Shown in pieces: positions 17,813 to 26,945 of a stretch of DNA of 64,000 bases (the stretch's first letter is position 1; the number at the start of each line of letters is the position of its first letter). The translations under genes and the position numbers were made by a program. Origin of the DNA: Alphaproteobacteria bacterium (GTDB lineage: Bacteria; Pseudomonadota; Alphaproteobacteria; SP197); NCBI GenBank assembly GCA_965228895.1, contig OZ245842.1, forward strand, positions 1,344,001 to 1,408,000, read 5' to 3'. The notes beneath the pieces are model-generated. The model was not told the DNA's origin and ran no database searches. It worked only from the letters and a program-made list of their open reading frames with translations.

Positions 17813-19765
17813 TCAAACCGCGACGCCGGCCTTCAACCCCTCAAGAACCGCTTCTTCGCAGGTGCGCGGGCTCAGGCAGTCGCCTGCCATATGGAGATCC
17901 CCAGACCAGTCCTCCAAGGCTTCGGCCAGTTCGTCGACCGACGTGTGACCAAGCGATGTAACCAGCGTGTCGACCTCGTCGACGATGATCGGTTCGCCGG
18001 ATGTCGCGTGCTGCAGGTAGACGCTGTCGGCATCAGCGCCGAACAGGCGGGCATAGGGGATGATCTCGACGCCCAGCTTGTGCAGTTCGCCGACCCAGCG
18101 GTCGCGCACGTACATCTGGATGCGCTGGCCGGGCATGTAGCCGTCGACGGCAAGTGTCACCGTGCAGCCGTCGCGCGCCAGCTTCTCGGCCATGCCAAGC
18201 CCGATCCAGTCGCAGCGCCAGTCGGCGATAACCACGCGGCTGCCGACATTGGCCTCACCCTTCAGCGCCGCCCAGGCATCCACGACGTGGGCTTCGTCGG
18301 CGCCCTCGATCGACGGCCGGCGGGGTAGGGCGCCGGTCGCCAGGATCACGGCATCCGGCGCCTCCTGTTCGACCAATGCCATATCGACGGCGGTGTTCTT
18401 GACCACTTTCACGCCGGCAAGTTCCATTTCGCGGGTGAGGTTGGTGATAATGCCGCCGAACTCCGCGCGGCCGGGCAGCATTTGCGCCAGCTGCGCCTGG
18501 CCGCCCAGTTGGCCGGTCGCCTCATAGAGCGTGACGTCATGGCCGCGTTCGGCGGCGACCGCGGCCGCCTTCATGCCGGCGGGACCGCCGCCGACAACCA
18601 TGACCTTGCGTGACTCGGCGGCCGGCTGGCGTTCGCCAAATTCAATCTCTCGTCCGGTTTCCGGATGCTGAATGCAGGAGATGCCGAGGCCGACCTGCAT
18701 GTGGCCGATGCACGCCTGGTTGCACGCGATACAGGCACGGATATCGTCGGTCCGGCCCTCGCGTGCCTTGTTCGCCATCTCGGGGTCGCAGATCTGCGCG
18801 CGCGTCATGCCGCACATGTCGGCCTGGCCGCCGGCGATGATCTTCTCGGCCTCCTGCGGCTGGTTGATGCGCCCGGCGACGAAGACGGGGATATCGATCA
18901 GCTTTTTGACGCTGTGCGCCATGGGCGCGAGGTAACCGTGTTCGATGTTCATCGGTGGCACGACATGGATCGAGCCTTTGAGCGCGATCATCGATCCGGC
19001 GATGACGTTCATATAGTCGAGACCGCCTTCGTTGCCGATGATGCGGCAGACCTCCATCAACTCGTCGGGATCGCCGCCCTCCGGGTGCATTTCGTCGCCG
19101 GAGATGCGCATGCCGACAACACGGTCGCCGCCGATCGCGTCGCGTACGCTGGCGATGACCTCGCGCAGAAACCGCATGCGGTTATCCAGGCTACCCCCAT
19201 AAGCGTCCGTCCGTCGGTTGACGTGCGGGTTCAGAAACTGCGCCGGCAACAGGCTGTGGCTCGAGAGGATTTCAACGCCGTCCAGACCAGCGCGCTTCAT
19301 GCGCGCGGCCGCCGCGCCATAGGCTTTGACCAGATCGGCGATCTGCGCCGACGACAGCGCCCGCGACACCATGTGCGAGCGTTCGGCGGTGTATTCGGAG
19401 GGGCCATAGGGAACGCCCAGCGAACCGTCGGTGGTGCCGACGCTATAGACGCCGCCGTGGCCGAGCTGCCCGAAGACCGCGCAGCCATAAGCGTGCACCG
19501 CATCGGCCGTGCGCTGGTAGCCTGGAATGCAGGCATCGTCGCCGGCGTTCAGATTGCGGTGGCCGGAGGTCCAGTGCAGCGCAGCCGCCTCGGTGATGAT
19601 CAGACCCGCGCCGCCTTTGGCACGGGCTTCGTGGTAGGCGACAAACCGATCATCGGGCAGATAGTTGTCGAGCAGGCACGTCATATGCCCGGTCGAGAAG
19701 ATACGGTTCTTGAAGGTCGCCGGGCCGACCTTGATGGGCGAAAAGAGATGGGGGAACGCGGTCAT
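17813..19765 (-). CDS. NADH:flavin oxidoreductase (OYE barrel + 4Fe-4S + FAD), N-methyl-amino-acid demethylase-like
   Basis: KNRIFSTGH, RAKGGAGLII, CIACNQACIGH...C cluster, VVGGGPAG. Confidence 0.88.
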   Translation of the reverse strand: MTAFPHLFSPIKVGPATFKNRIFSTGHMTCLLDNYLPDDRFVAYHEARAKGGAGLIITEAAALHWTSGHRNLNAGDDACIPGYQRTADAVHAYGCAVFGQLGHGGVYSVGTTDGSLGVPYGPSEYTAERSHMVSRALSSAQIADLVKAYGAAAARMKRAGLDGVEILSSHSLLPAQFLNPHVNRRTDAYGGSLDNRMRFLREVIASVRDAIGGDRVVGMRISGDEMHPEGGDPDELMEVCRIIGNEGGLDYMNVIAGSMIALKGSIHVVPPMNIEHGYLAPMAHSVKKLIDIPVFVAGRINQPQEAEKIIAGGQADMCGMTRAQICDPEMANKAREGRTDDIRACIACNQACIGHMQVGLGISCIQHPETGREIEFGERQPAAESRKVMVVGGGPAGMKAAAVAAERGHDVTLYEATGQLGGQAQLAQMLPGRAEFGGIITNLTREMELAGVKVVKNTAVDMALVEQEAPDAVILATGALPRRPSIEGADEAHVVDAWAALKGEANVGSRVVIADWRCDWIGLGMAEKLARDGCTVTLAVDGYMPGQRIQMYVRDRWVGELHKLGVEIIPYARLFGADADSVYLQHATSGEPIIVDEVDTLVTSLGHTSVDELAEALEDWSGDLHMAGDCLSPRTCEEAVLEGLKAGVAV

Positions 19766-19810
19766 GGTGCTCTCGGTCCTGGATCCTGTGGGACCGGAGC
19801 ATAGGCGCCT

Positions 19811-20191
19811 CTACAGCGCAGACAAAGCGCCGATCAGACCGACAAGCCACAAAATTGAGGCGGCCGCGAAGGCAATCAAAAAGCCCGGACCGCGCGTGGG
19901 GGGATCGTTCTTATAGGTGATCGCGTACAGAACCCGCCCGATGATCCATACCAGGCCGCCAATGCCGGCCCAGGTCCACGTCACGAAGTAGCCGCAGATC
20001 CACATGCTGGGCAGAAAGAAGAGCATCTGCTCGGCGGTATTCTGGTGAATGCGGAAAGCGCGCTCGAACTTTTCGTCGCCGACCGTCGCCGGCGCCTTGA
20101 TCCCCGCCTTGCCGCGGTGTTGCGCCGTGCGCGCCGCGAGGAACGTATAGAAGCCGAGAGCAAGTAGCGTCACCAGCGCGACGAAGGCCAT
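19811..20191 (-). CDS. MAPEG-family membrane protein
   Basis: APA..G...FERAFRIHQNTAEQ, WIIGRVLYA. Confidence 0.88.
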   Translation of the reverse strand: MAFVALVTLLALGFYTFLAARTAQHRGKAGIKAPATVGDEKFERAFRIHQNTAEQMLFFLPSMWICGYFVTWTWAGIGGLVWIIGRVLYAITYKNDPPTRGPGFLIAFAAASILWLVGLIGALSAL

Positions 20192-20215
20192 GGGTCGAGG
20201 ACTCCTTACCGCGGT

Positions 20216-21118
20216 CTAGAACGAGATTGGCGCGAACTGGGATGCGACCGCCGCGGCAGCCAACATCAGAAGAAACGTGCCCACCGAGACGCCGACAACC
20301 GTCGCGGGGCTCGGCTCGGGCATGGCGCTGCCGTGGTCACGTCCTCCGCTACCGCTTTGGCCGCCATGGTGGTGGCCCTCATGCCCGCCCGCGCCATGGT
20401 GATCATGACCGGTCATGGCATGGCCCTCGTGGTCACCATGCCCGCCCATTGTGGTCGCGGCCTTGTCGGCGGATGGCGCCGACATCATGCCGTGCTTGTA
20501 GCCTTTGCCGACCAGCCAGGAATTGATCGGGTAGGCGGTCACGCCGCCGATCAGGGTCGCCACCGACATGACACCCCAAAAGGCTGGGTTCCAGGGGTTG
20601 TCGCCTTCCGGCACCACGTGCATCAGGATGATCATGGTCGGGATCATGCCGAACATCACCATGTTCATGGAGACGGTCTCGGCGAAGAAAGTCTTCCTGA
20701 CCGCAACCCAGTAGCTGCCGAACATGGATTTCATGAACAGCGCCTGAAAGACCAGAAGGCCCACCACAAAGGCCGACAGGTACTCGATGATGAGGTCGAT
20801 GCCGTTCGGCAGCATGAAGTGATAGACGATGGCGGCCGAGATGATGATGCCCGTGGCATCGCCCGCCAGACAATGGGCCATCGAGCCGATCGTCTGTTTC
20901 CAATGGGCGGCAATGAAAGGGTCGTGGGTGCCGGGCGAGGGCTGGCGGCAGGTCAGCAGGTAGACGAACAGGCCGATCGGTCCGGTGTAGAGAATGACCA
21001 GCACCCAGGCGAGCCTCATGACCCCGACCGAAGGCGTGTTGGTCGCCTGGTCCCAGATGACGAACACCACCGCGCCAAACGTCAACGCGTACCAGACAAG
21101 CAAGGCACCCATCAGCAT
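20216..21118 (-). CDS. DUF4396-like membrane protein with His/Met/Gly-rich loop
   Basis: HCLAGDATG, AYPINSWLV..G.KHGM, multiple TM segments, His-rich tract. Confidence 0.75.
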   Translation of the reverse strand: MLMGALLVWYALTFGAVVFVIWDQATNTPSVGVMRLAWVLVILYTGPIGLFVYLLTCRQPSPGTHDPFIAAHWKQTIGSMAHCLAGDATGIIISAAIVYHFMLPNGIDLIIEYLSAFVVGLLVFQALFMKSMFGSYWVAVRKTFFAETVSMNMVMFGMIPTMIILMHVVPEGDNPWNPAFWGVMSVATLIGGVTAYPINSWLVGKGYKHGMMSAPSADKAATTMGGHGDHEGHAMTGHDHHGAGGHEGHHHGGQSGSGGRDHGSAMPEPSPATVVGVSVGTFLLMLAAAAVASQFAPISF

Positions 21119-21264
21119 GCCGATTCCCCCTTAGTCGTCTGCGCTGCTACCGCCATCGAGCCACGGAAAGGTGCCGGTGGCATAACTCGCTTGTCCCTAA
21201 AATCCATCCCCATCCCCACGAGCATGGTGGACCGTCGGCAAGCCGCTGTGAAGGGGACAAGGGG

Positions 21265-22332
21265 TTAGGCGACCGCGGGCCTTATGAATCGGGCATAGGC
21301 AAAGCGCGCCAGATGGCGGGTGACGCGCCACGCGATCCAGCCGGGGATCGAGGCCAGAACGCCATAGAGCGCGGCAACCAGGATGCGCATCAGCGGCCAT
21401 CCGCGCTTGAACAGGCGAAGGCTCGTCTTGCCGGTCAGCTCGATCACCGCGCGCGTCTTCTTGCCCAGCACCTTGGCCATGGCCGCGACCTCGCCAATCT
21501 CCGTGGCACTTCGAATATGGGGAAGAATGCGCATCGTTTCCGCCGGACCAAGACGCGAGGAGATGTCGCCGATGTCATCAAGCGTCGCGACGAGGCGGCT
21601 ATGACGTGCCGTTTCCAGATGCTGGCCGGCAACGCGTTTTAAACCGGTGATGTCCGTCGCGTCGACGCTGGTGAGGTCCGTTCTCAGCCGGGTCAGGTCG
21701 ACGGCCTGGCGGGCCAGCCCGGCCATGTCGTCCAGCAAGGGTGCGGCCAGGCGTCCGGTACGTTTCGCGGCCTTCGTGACCGAGGCGCCGACCCGGACCG
21801 GCAGCGCCGCGCCGCCGGTTGCCCAGGTCGCCGTCGTGATGCCCAGACCGACGCCGGAGAGCACGAGGATGAACTCATCATAAGGTTCGCCCGCGACCAT
21901 TGCGCCGCCTTCTAGAGCAATATCCCTGACGTCGCCGACGACGGTCAGGTCGGACGCCACGGCACCACCGAACGACGCGATATCGTCGGTCTCGCCCGTG
22001 ACGAAACCCGCCGCGAAGCTCGTGCTTTCGCGCCACGTGCTCTGCCAGACGCCATGGGCTTCGTTCAGATCGGCGAGCAGCTCGGGTGGCAGGCTATAGC
22101 CCGTGAAGGTTGCCGTCTCGGCATAGATGTCGGCGGTTTCGACGTCATCCTCGGCCAAGGCCGTCTCGACCTGTGCGGCAAAGTCTTCCGCGGTCAGCGT
22201 GGCGCGCAGGGCGTCATGGACCACCATCGCCTCGGACCGGTCGTCGGCCATGATGATCACAGCCGCGGCGATCGCCGCAATCCAAAACAAGACGATTGCC
22301 GCATATGTACGCCATCTGCCCATGACCGCCAT
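21265..22332 (-). CDS. Hypothetical membrane protein
   Basis: 355-aa ORF with N- and C-terminal hydrophobic helices, SDLTVVGDVRD segment. Confidence 0.7.
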   Translation of the reverse strand: MAVMGRWRTYAAIVLFWIAAIAAAVIIMADDRSEAMVVHDALRATLTAEDFAAQVETALAEDDVETADIYAETATFTGYSLPPELLADLNEAHGVWQSTWRESTSFAAGFVTGETDDIASFGGAVASDLTVVGDVRDIALEGGAMVAGEPYDEFILVLSGVGLGITTATWATGGAALPVRVGASVTKAAKRTGRLAAPLLDDMAGLARQAVDLTRLRTDLTSVDATDITGLKRVAGQHLETARHSRLVATLDDIGDISSRLGPAETMRILPHIRSATEIGEVAAMAKVLGKKTRAVIELTGKTSLRLFKRGWPLMRILVAALYGVLASIPGWIAWRVTRHLARFAYARFIRPAVA

Positions 22333-22465
22333 GGTGACGGTTAAATGCGGGCAAAATCATGGCCTTTCAATAAGTTGGGCCGTGAGTTGAAAGTGGCATA
22401 TCAGCAGGCCTGCCGTGCGGCGCTTGCCCCAATTCAATCGGAAATTACTGAGTTAAGCCGTAGGG

Positions 22466-23071
22466 TTAGGCGGCTTTCTTCAGCCGGTCGAACGCCGCGA
22501 TCACGTCGGCCGTCGTGCAGCGTGCCCCGGTCTGCAGATACTCCATGGCGTCCAGTGACGCTTCGTGACGGGCATAGGTCGAGCCGCCGACGCAGTCTTC
22601 GACCACCCGCATGTAGTAGTCATGCTGGTGGCCGTCGACAAAGGTGTAGTGGACGCAGACGTCCGTCAGCTCGCCGCACAGGATCAGGGTATCGGCCTTC
22701 AGGCCTTTCAGCAGGATTTCCAGATCGGTGCCAAAAAAGGCGGAATAGCGCCGTTTGGCGATGTGATACTCGCCTTCCTGCGGTTGAACGCGGCGATGAA
22801 TGGCCGTGCTGGGCACGCCTTCGATGCAGTGCACGTCCTCGCTGCCGTCGAGTTCGCGGCCGAAGTCCACATGGTCCGGGCGATGGACTTCCTGGATGAA
22901 GACGAGCGGGATGCCGTTCTGGCGCGCGGCGCCGACCAATTTTTCGGCGTTGTCGAGCAGCCGGTCGCGGTCGCCCATATAGGGAATGCCTGAATCGCCG
23001 GAGTCGTCGTTATCGCCGCCCTGAATGTCGATCACGACCAGAACCGGCCTTCCTTCGATAAACGCTGGCAT
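22466..23071 (-). CDS. Isochorismatase-family cysteine hydrolase
   Basis: VIDIQ, KRRYSAFFGTDL, TDVCVH catalytic triad; GAGGAGG RBS. Confidence 0.92.
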   Translation of the reverse strand: MPAFIEGRPVLVVIDIQGGDNDDSGDSGIPYMGDRDRLLDNAEKLVGAARQNGIPLVFIQEVHRPDHVDFGRELDGSEDVHCIEGVPSTAIHRRVQPQEGEYHIAKRRYSAFFGTDLEILLKGLKADTLILCGELTDVCVHYTFVDGHQHDYYMRVVEDCVGGSTYARHEASLDAMEYLQTGARCTTADVIAAFDRLKKAA

Positions 23072-23123
23072 CTGAGCCTCCTCAGTCAGAATGGACCATG
23101 TTAGGCCTTTTGGCGCCGAGCGC

Positions 23124-23645
23124 CTACAGGCTGCGGCACATGAAGACGCGCCGTGACGTGTCGAGGCCGAACGCCGCTTCTTCGGATTCGATCCGGCGCA
23201 AAGCGGGCGTCAGAGCGTCCGATCCCAGGCGCTCGAAACCCAGCCGCTCGTAATAGGGTGCGTTCCACGGCACATTGGCGAAGGTCGAGAGCAAGACGGT
23301 GCGATCACCGCGATCTTTCGCGGCATCGCAGACCGCGTCGATCAAGCGTCTGCCGATGCCGCGCCGCTGATAGGCGCGCATCACATCGAGTTCCTGGATA
23401 TAGAACGCGTCATCGACGAGCCGGGCATAGACGAACCCAATGGGCACATCGTTGATGTCGCAGGCGACCCATAGCCTCGATTCGGCCTGAGCATCGCGCA
23501 GGGTTTCGAGGTCGGTGGGCGGGTCGTCATCGATGTCGGCCATACCGACATCACGAAAGATGCCGGCCGCGTCATCCTCGATCAGACGGCACGCCTGCAG
23601 GTCTTCAAGCCGTGCCGGGCGAATGTTGATGGCGTCGTCAGGCGT
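23124..23645 (-). CDS. GNAT acetyltransferase (true start probably upstream of 23543, ACG at 23645)
   Basis: QRRGIGRRL acetyl-CoA motif, TFANVPWNAPYYERLGF; frame stays open upstream as INIRPARLEDL. Confidence 0.82.
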   Translation of the reverse strand, partial: TPDDAINIRPARLEDLQACRLIEDDAAGIFRDVGMADIDDDPPTDLETLRDAQAESRLWVACDINDVPIGFVYARLVDDAFYIQELDVMRAYQRRGIGRRLIDAVCDAAKDRGDRTVLLSTFANVPWNAPYYERLGFERLGSDALTPALRRIESEEAAFGLDTSRRVFMCRSL

Positions 23646-23657
23646 TGGAACGGCTCC

Positions 23658-24098
23658 TCAGTCGTCCAACGCGACCGCGTCGCCCACGGCGACATGGCCT
23701 GGCGACGTGACGCGGCAGGTGACGCCGCCGCGCCAGTCCGGCGTCAGGGCCTGACGTAACCCGGCGACCTGTTCTTCCATACGGTTGCACGGGTCGGTCT
23801 CGCCGGTGATCTGAAGCGCCAGATCGCCGATACGAATGGTCTTGCCGACCTTGCCTTCGACCCTGAGGCCCTCGATCAGGATGTTGGAGCGTCGTGTGGT
23901 CCAGGGGATCTTTTTGCCCAGCTCGTCGCAGGCGGCCTGCCAGCTCTCTCGGGTCAGAACGGTGACCTGCCGGTCATCGGGTTCACCGCGGTAGTCGCCG
24001 TCGACACCGGCCTCCAACGAGACGCCTGCTTCGTTCAATTCCTCCATGGGCGCACGCGACTTTTCCCTGCGCGCGATGGAAAGAACACGTCCCGTCAT
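23658..24098 (-). CDS. MOSC-domain protein
   Basis: GVDGD, RQVTVL, RRSNILIEG, ETDPCNRM, RGGVTCRV..G.VAVGD. Confidence 0.88.
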   Translation of the reverse strand: MTGRVLSIARREKSRAPMEELNEAGVSLEAGVDGDYRGEPDDRQVTVLTRESWQAACDELGKKIPWTTRRSNILIEGLRVEGKVGKTIRIGDLALQITGETDPCNRMEEQVAGLRQALTPDWRGGVTCRVTSPGHVAVGDAVALDD

Positions 24099-24265
24099 GG
24101 CCGGTTTCTCCGTTTCCTGATTGATCGACGCGCATCCTGTCGTCTATGGCGGTGTCGCGCAAGGTTTCAGCCCCGGCTTCTCGGGATATGCTTACGCACA
24201 ACCGGCAGGGGTGTCGCAAAGACGCCTCTTTCCCGTAACAGGATCCAATGCAAAGGGCAGACAGC

Positions 24266-25288
24266 ATGACGACAACCATCAATCGCCGAATTATCCTCGC
24301 CAAGCGTCCGGTCGGGCTGCCGACGGACGATGACCTGAAACTTGTCGAAGGCGCTGTCCCGGCGCCCGGTGACGGCGAGGTGCTGGTCCGCACGATCTAT
24401 CTGAGCCTCGATCCCTACATGCGCGGCATGATGGATGACGCGGAGTCCTATGACGCACCGATCGGTCTTGGCGAGGTCATTGTCGGCGGCACGGTGGGCG
24501 AAGTCGTCGAGTCAAAGTCTCCGGCCCTGAATGTCGGTGATCTGGTCGAGGCGTATTCCGGTTGGCAAGACTATGCGGTGTTCCCCGCCGGTCAGGTCCG
24601 CAAGCTCGATCCCGCTTTGGCGCCGCTCACCACTGCGCTTGGCGTGCTCGGCATGCCGGGACTGACGGCCTATCACGGTCTGCTTGAGGTCGGTCAGCCC
24701 AAGGCTGGCGAAACGGTTTTCGTTTCGGCCGCCTCCGGCGCGGTCGGGGCGACGGTCGGACAGATAGCCAAGATCAAGGGTTGTTGTGTCGCCGGGTGCG
24801 CCGGGTCCGACGCCAAGGTCGCGTACTGTCTTGACGACTGCGGCTATGACGCGTGTTTCAACTACAAGACATGCGGCGACATTGCCGACGCCATGCGCGC
24901 GACGTGTCAGGACGGCATCGATGTCTATTTCGAGAATGTCGGCGGTGTGATCGGCCGCACCGCATTTGATCAACTCAACCTTCACGGCCGTGTCGCGGTG
25001 TGCGGCTCTATCTCCAACTACAATGCCACTGAACCGGAGATGGTGCCGGACGAGCTTTGGAAGTTCATCGTCAAGCGGGCGCGTATGGAAGGTCTGCTGG
25101 TCACCGATTTTGCGGATGGGCATGCTGCCGCGATCGCTGAGATGGCCGGCTGGATCAAGGACGGCCGCCTGACCTATCGCGAGACCATCGTCGACGGGTT
25201 GGAGAAAGCGCCCGCCGCGTTCAACGGCCTGTTCAGCGGCGACAACTTCGGTAAGCTTGTTATCCGGGTTGCCGACGCGCCGGGTTAG
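24266..25288 (+). CDS. NADP-dependent oxidoreductase (CurA/prostaglandin reductase-like MDR)
   Basis: YLSLDPYMRG, GVLGMPGLTAY, SAASGAVG, YFENVGG, GDNFGKL. Confidence 0.92.
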   Translation: MTTTINRRIILAKRPVGLPTDDDLKLVEGAVPAPGDGEVLVRTIYLSLDPYMRGMMDDAESYDAPIGLGEVIVGGTVGEVVESKSPALNVGDLVEAYSGWQDYAVFPAGQVRKLDPALAPLTTALGVLGMPGLTAYHGLLEVGQPKAGETVFVSAASGAVGATVGQIAKIKGCCVAGCAGSDAKVAYCLDDCGYDACFNYKTCGDIADAMRATCQDGIDVYFENVGGVIGRTAFDQLNLHGRVAVCGSISNYNATEPEMVPDELWKFIVKRARMEGLLVTDFADGHAAAIAEMAGWIKDGRLTYRETIVDGLEKAPAAFNGLFSGDNFGKLVIRVADAPG

Positions 25289-25334
25289 ATCGTCATCGGG
25301 CGGTTGTGCTCAACGGGTTAGAGTGGAGTTTCTT

Positions 25335-25601
25335 ATGCGTTTTCTTGCGACGCTTTTGGTGGTTCTGTTGCTGGCGCCGGGTATCGTCCAGGCCCAGTAC
25401 GATGATCCGGATTCCGATTTGCTGAATATCGAGCCGGGCACGGTCGATCCCGACAGCGATCAGATCGATATTCCGTTGGGCGACGACAGTGGCACCAAAG
25501 ACGCTGAGACGGATCGCGTGACCGAAGAGACGCTGTGCTGTCAGATGCCGGACGACGTGCGCGAGGCCGACGAACTGTGTGCTGACGTCGAGTGTCCTTA
25601 A
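25335..25601 (+). CDS. Small secreted acidic protein with four C-terminal cysteines
   Basis: GGAG RBS, signal peptide MRFLATLLVVLLLAPGIVQA, Asp/Glu-rich mature part. Confidence 0.65.
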   Translation: MRFLATLLVVLLLAPGIVQAQYDDPDSDLLNIEPGTVDPDSDQIDIPLGDDSGTKDAETDRVTEETLCCQMPDDVREADELCADVECP

Positions 25602-25619
25602 CGACGCTGGAGCGCCTGC

Positions 25620-26756
25620 CTAGCTAAGCTTGGCGAACCGCTCGAGGTGCCAGTCGACGTCACCGAACAGGCGGGCAACGATGGTCAAGCGCTTGAAGTA
25701 ATGACCGGCGGCGTATTCCTCGGTCATGCCGATACCGCCATGAAGCTGAATCGCCTCCTGCCCGACAAGGCGGCCGGATTTGCCGATCTGTGCCTTCATG
25801 GCCGAGACCGCCAGACGCCGTTCGTCCCGGTCGTCGCTATCGACATCGTTCATGTAGACCGTGGTCAACGAGCGCGCTTCTTCCAGGGCGACGAACATAT
25901 CGACCATGCGGTGCTGCAGGGCCTGGAACTTGCCGATTGGCTGGCCGAACTGCTCACGCGTCTTCGAGTAGTCGATGGTGAGGTCGTTCAGGGCCGCCAT
26001 CAGACCCAGCGCTTCGCCGCATAGGGCCGCGGCGCCGCGGTCGATGGTCTCCTCGATTACCGGATAGGCCGCGCCTTCTTCGCCGATCAGCGCGTCCGAT
26101 GAAACCTCGACGCCATCAAAGCTGATTTCGGCGGCACGGCTGCCGTCGTTGGTGGCGTATCCTCTGCGGCTCACGCCAGATGCATCGGCGTCGACCAGAA
26201 ACAGCGAGAGACCGTCTTCGTCGCGGTCGCCGCCGGCCATGCGGGCGCTTACCACCAGGCGGTCGGCGGTGTCGCCGTTCAGCACCACAGACTTCGCGCC
26301 GTCCAGCTTGTAACCACTGTCTTGGCTTTTGGCGGTGGTTGTCACCGCGGCGATATCGTTGCGCGACTGTCGTTCGCCATGGGCAAACGCCATCAGCGTT
26401 TCGCCGGCGACGAGAGAAGGCAAAACATCCTGCTGCTGCGCCGACGTGCCCGCGCGCGCCAGCGTGCCGCCGCCCAGGACGACGCTGGCCAAGAATGGTT
26501 CGTTGACCAGGCCCCGGCCCAGTGACTCGGAGAGGATGGCGACATCCTTGGCGCCGCCGAAGCCGCCGACATCCTCAGGCAGGCCCAGACCAAGCCAGCC
26601 CAGTTCAGCGAAGGTTTTCCAGACTTCCGGCCGGAAACCCTGTTCGCTCTTCGCCGACGCTCGGCGATCGGAGAACTTGTAGTCGCGCTCGACAAACCGG
26701 TCGGCGCTCTCCTTTATCAACTGTTGCTCGCTGGAGAGCTCCAGGTCGATCATCAC
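25620..26756 (-). CDS. Acyl-CoA dehydrogenase, PimD-like small subunit
   Basis: REQFGQPIGKFQALQHRMVDM, AIQLHGGIGMTEE. Confidence 0.9.
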   Translation of the reverse strand: MMIDLELSSEQQLIKESADRFVERDYKFSDRRASAKSEQGFRPEVWKTFAELGWLGLGLPEDVGGFGGAKDVAILSESLGRGLVNEPFLASVVLGGGTLARAGTSAQQQDVLPSLVAGETLMAFAHGERQSRNDIAAVTTTAKSQDSGYKLDGAKSVVLNGDTADRLVVSARMAGGDRDEDGLSLFLVDADASGVSRRGYATNDGSRAAEISFDGVEVSSDALIGEEGAAYPVIEETIDRGAAALCGEALGLMAALNDLTIDYSKTREQFGQPIGKFQALQHRMVDMFVALEEARSLTTVYMNDVDSDDRDERRLAVSAMKAQIGKSGRLVGQEAIQLHGGIGMTEEYAAGHYFKRLTIVARLFGDVDWHLERFAKLS

Positions 26757-26805
26757 GTCACTCCCACGGGGTCACATTGATTTCTTGTTCTCGTCGCGCT
26801 GGATG

Positions 26806-26945
26806 CTAGAGCAGATCCCGTTTTGATGGAATCGCTTCGCGATGCCATCGAGATGGGTGAATCTGCTCTACTCACAAATATAGAGCGGATTCGCGTGGTC
26901 AGGTAGGATCGCTCAACGATTCTACCTGGCCACGATCCGCTCTAG
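26806..26945. repeat. ~140-bp twin-hairpin intergenic miniature element (RIME/MITE-like) bounded by CTAG
   Basis: TAGAGCAGAT(26807)/ATCTGCTCTA(26870) and TAGAGCGGAT(26881)/ATCCGCTCTA(26944); terminal IR CTAGAGC(A/G)GATC. Confidence 0.75.
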
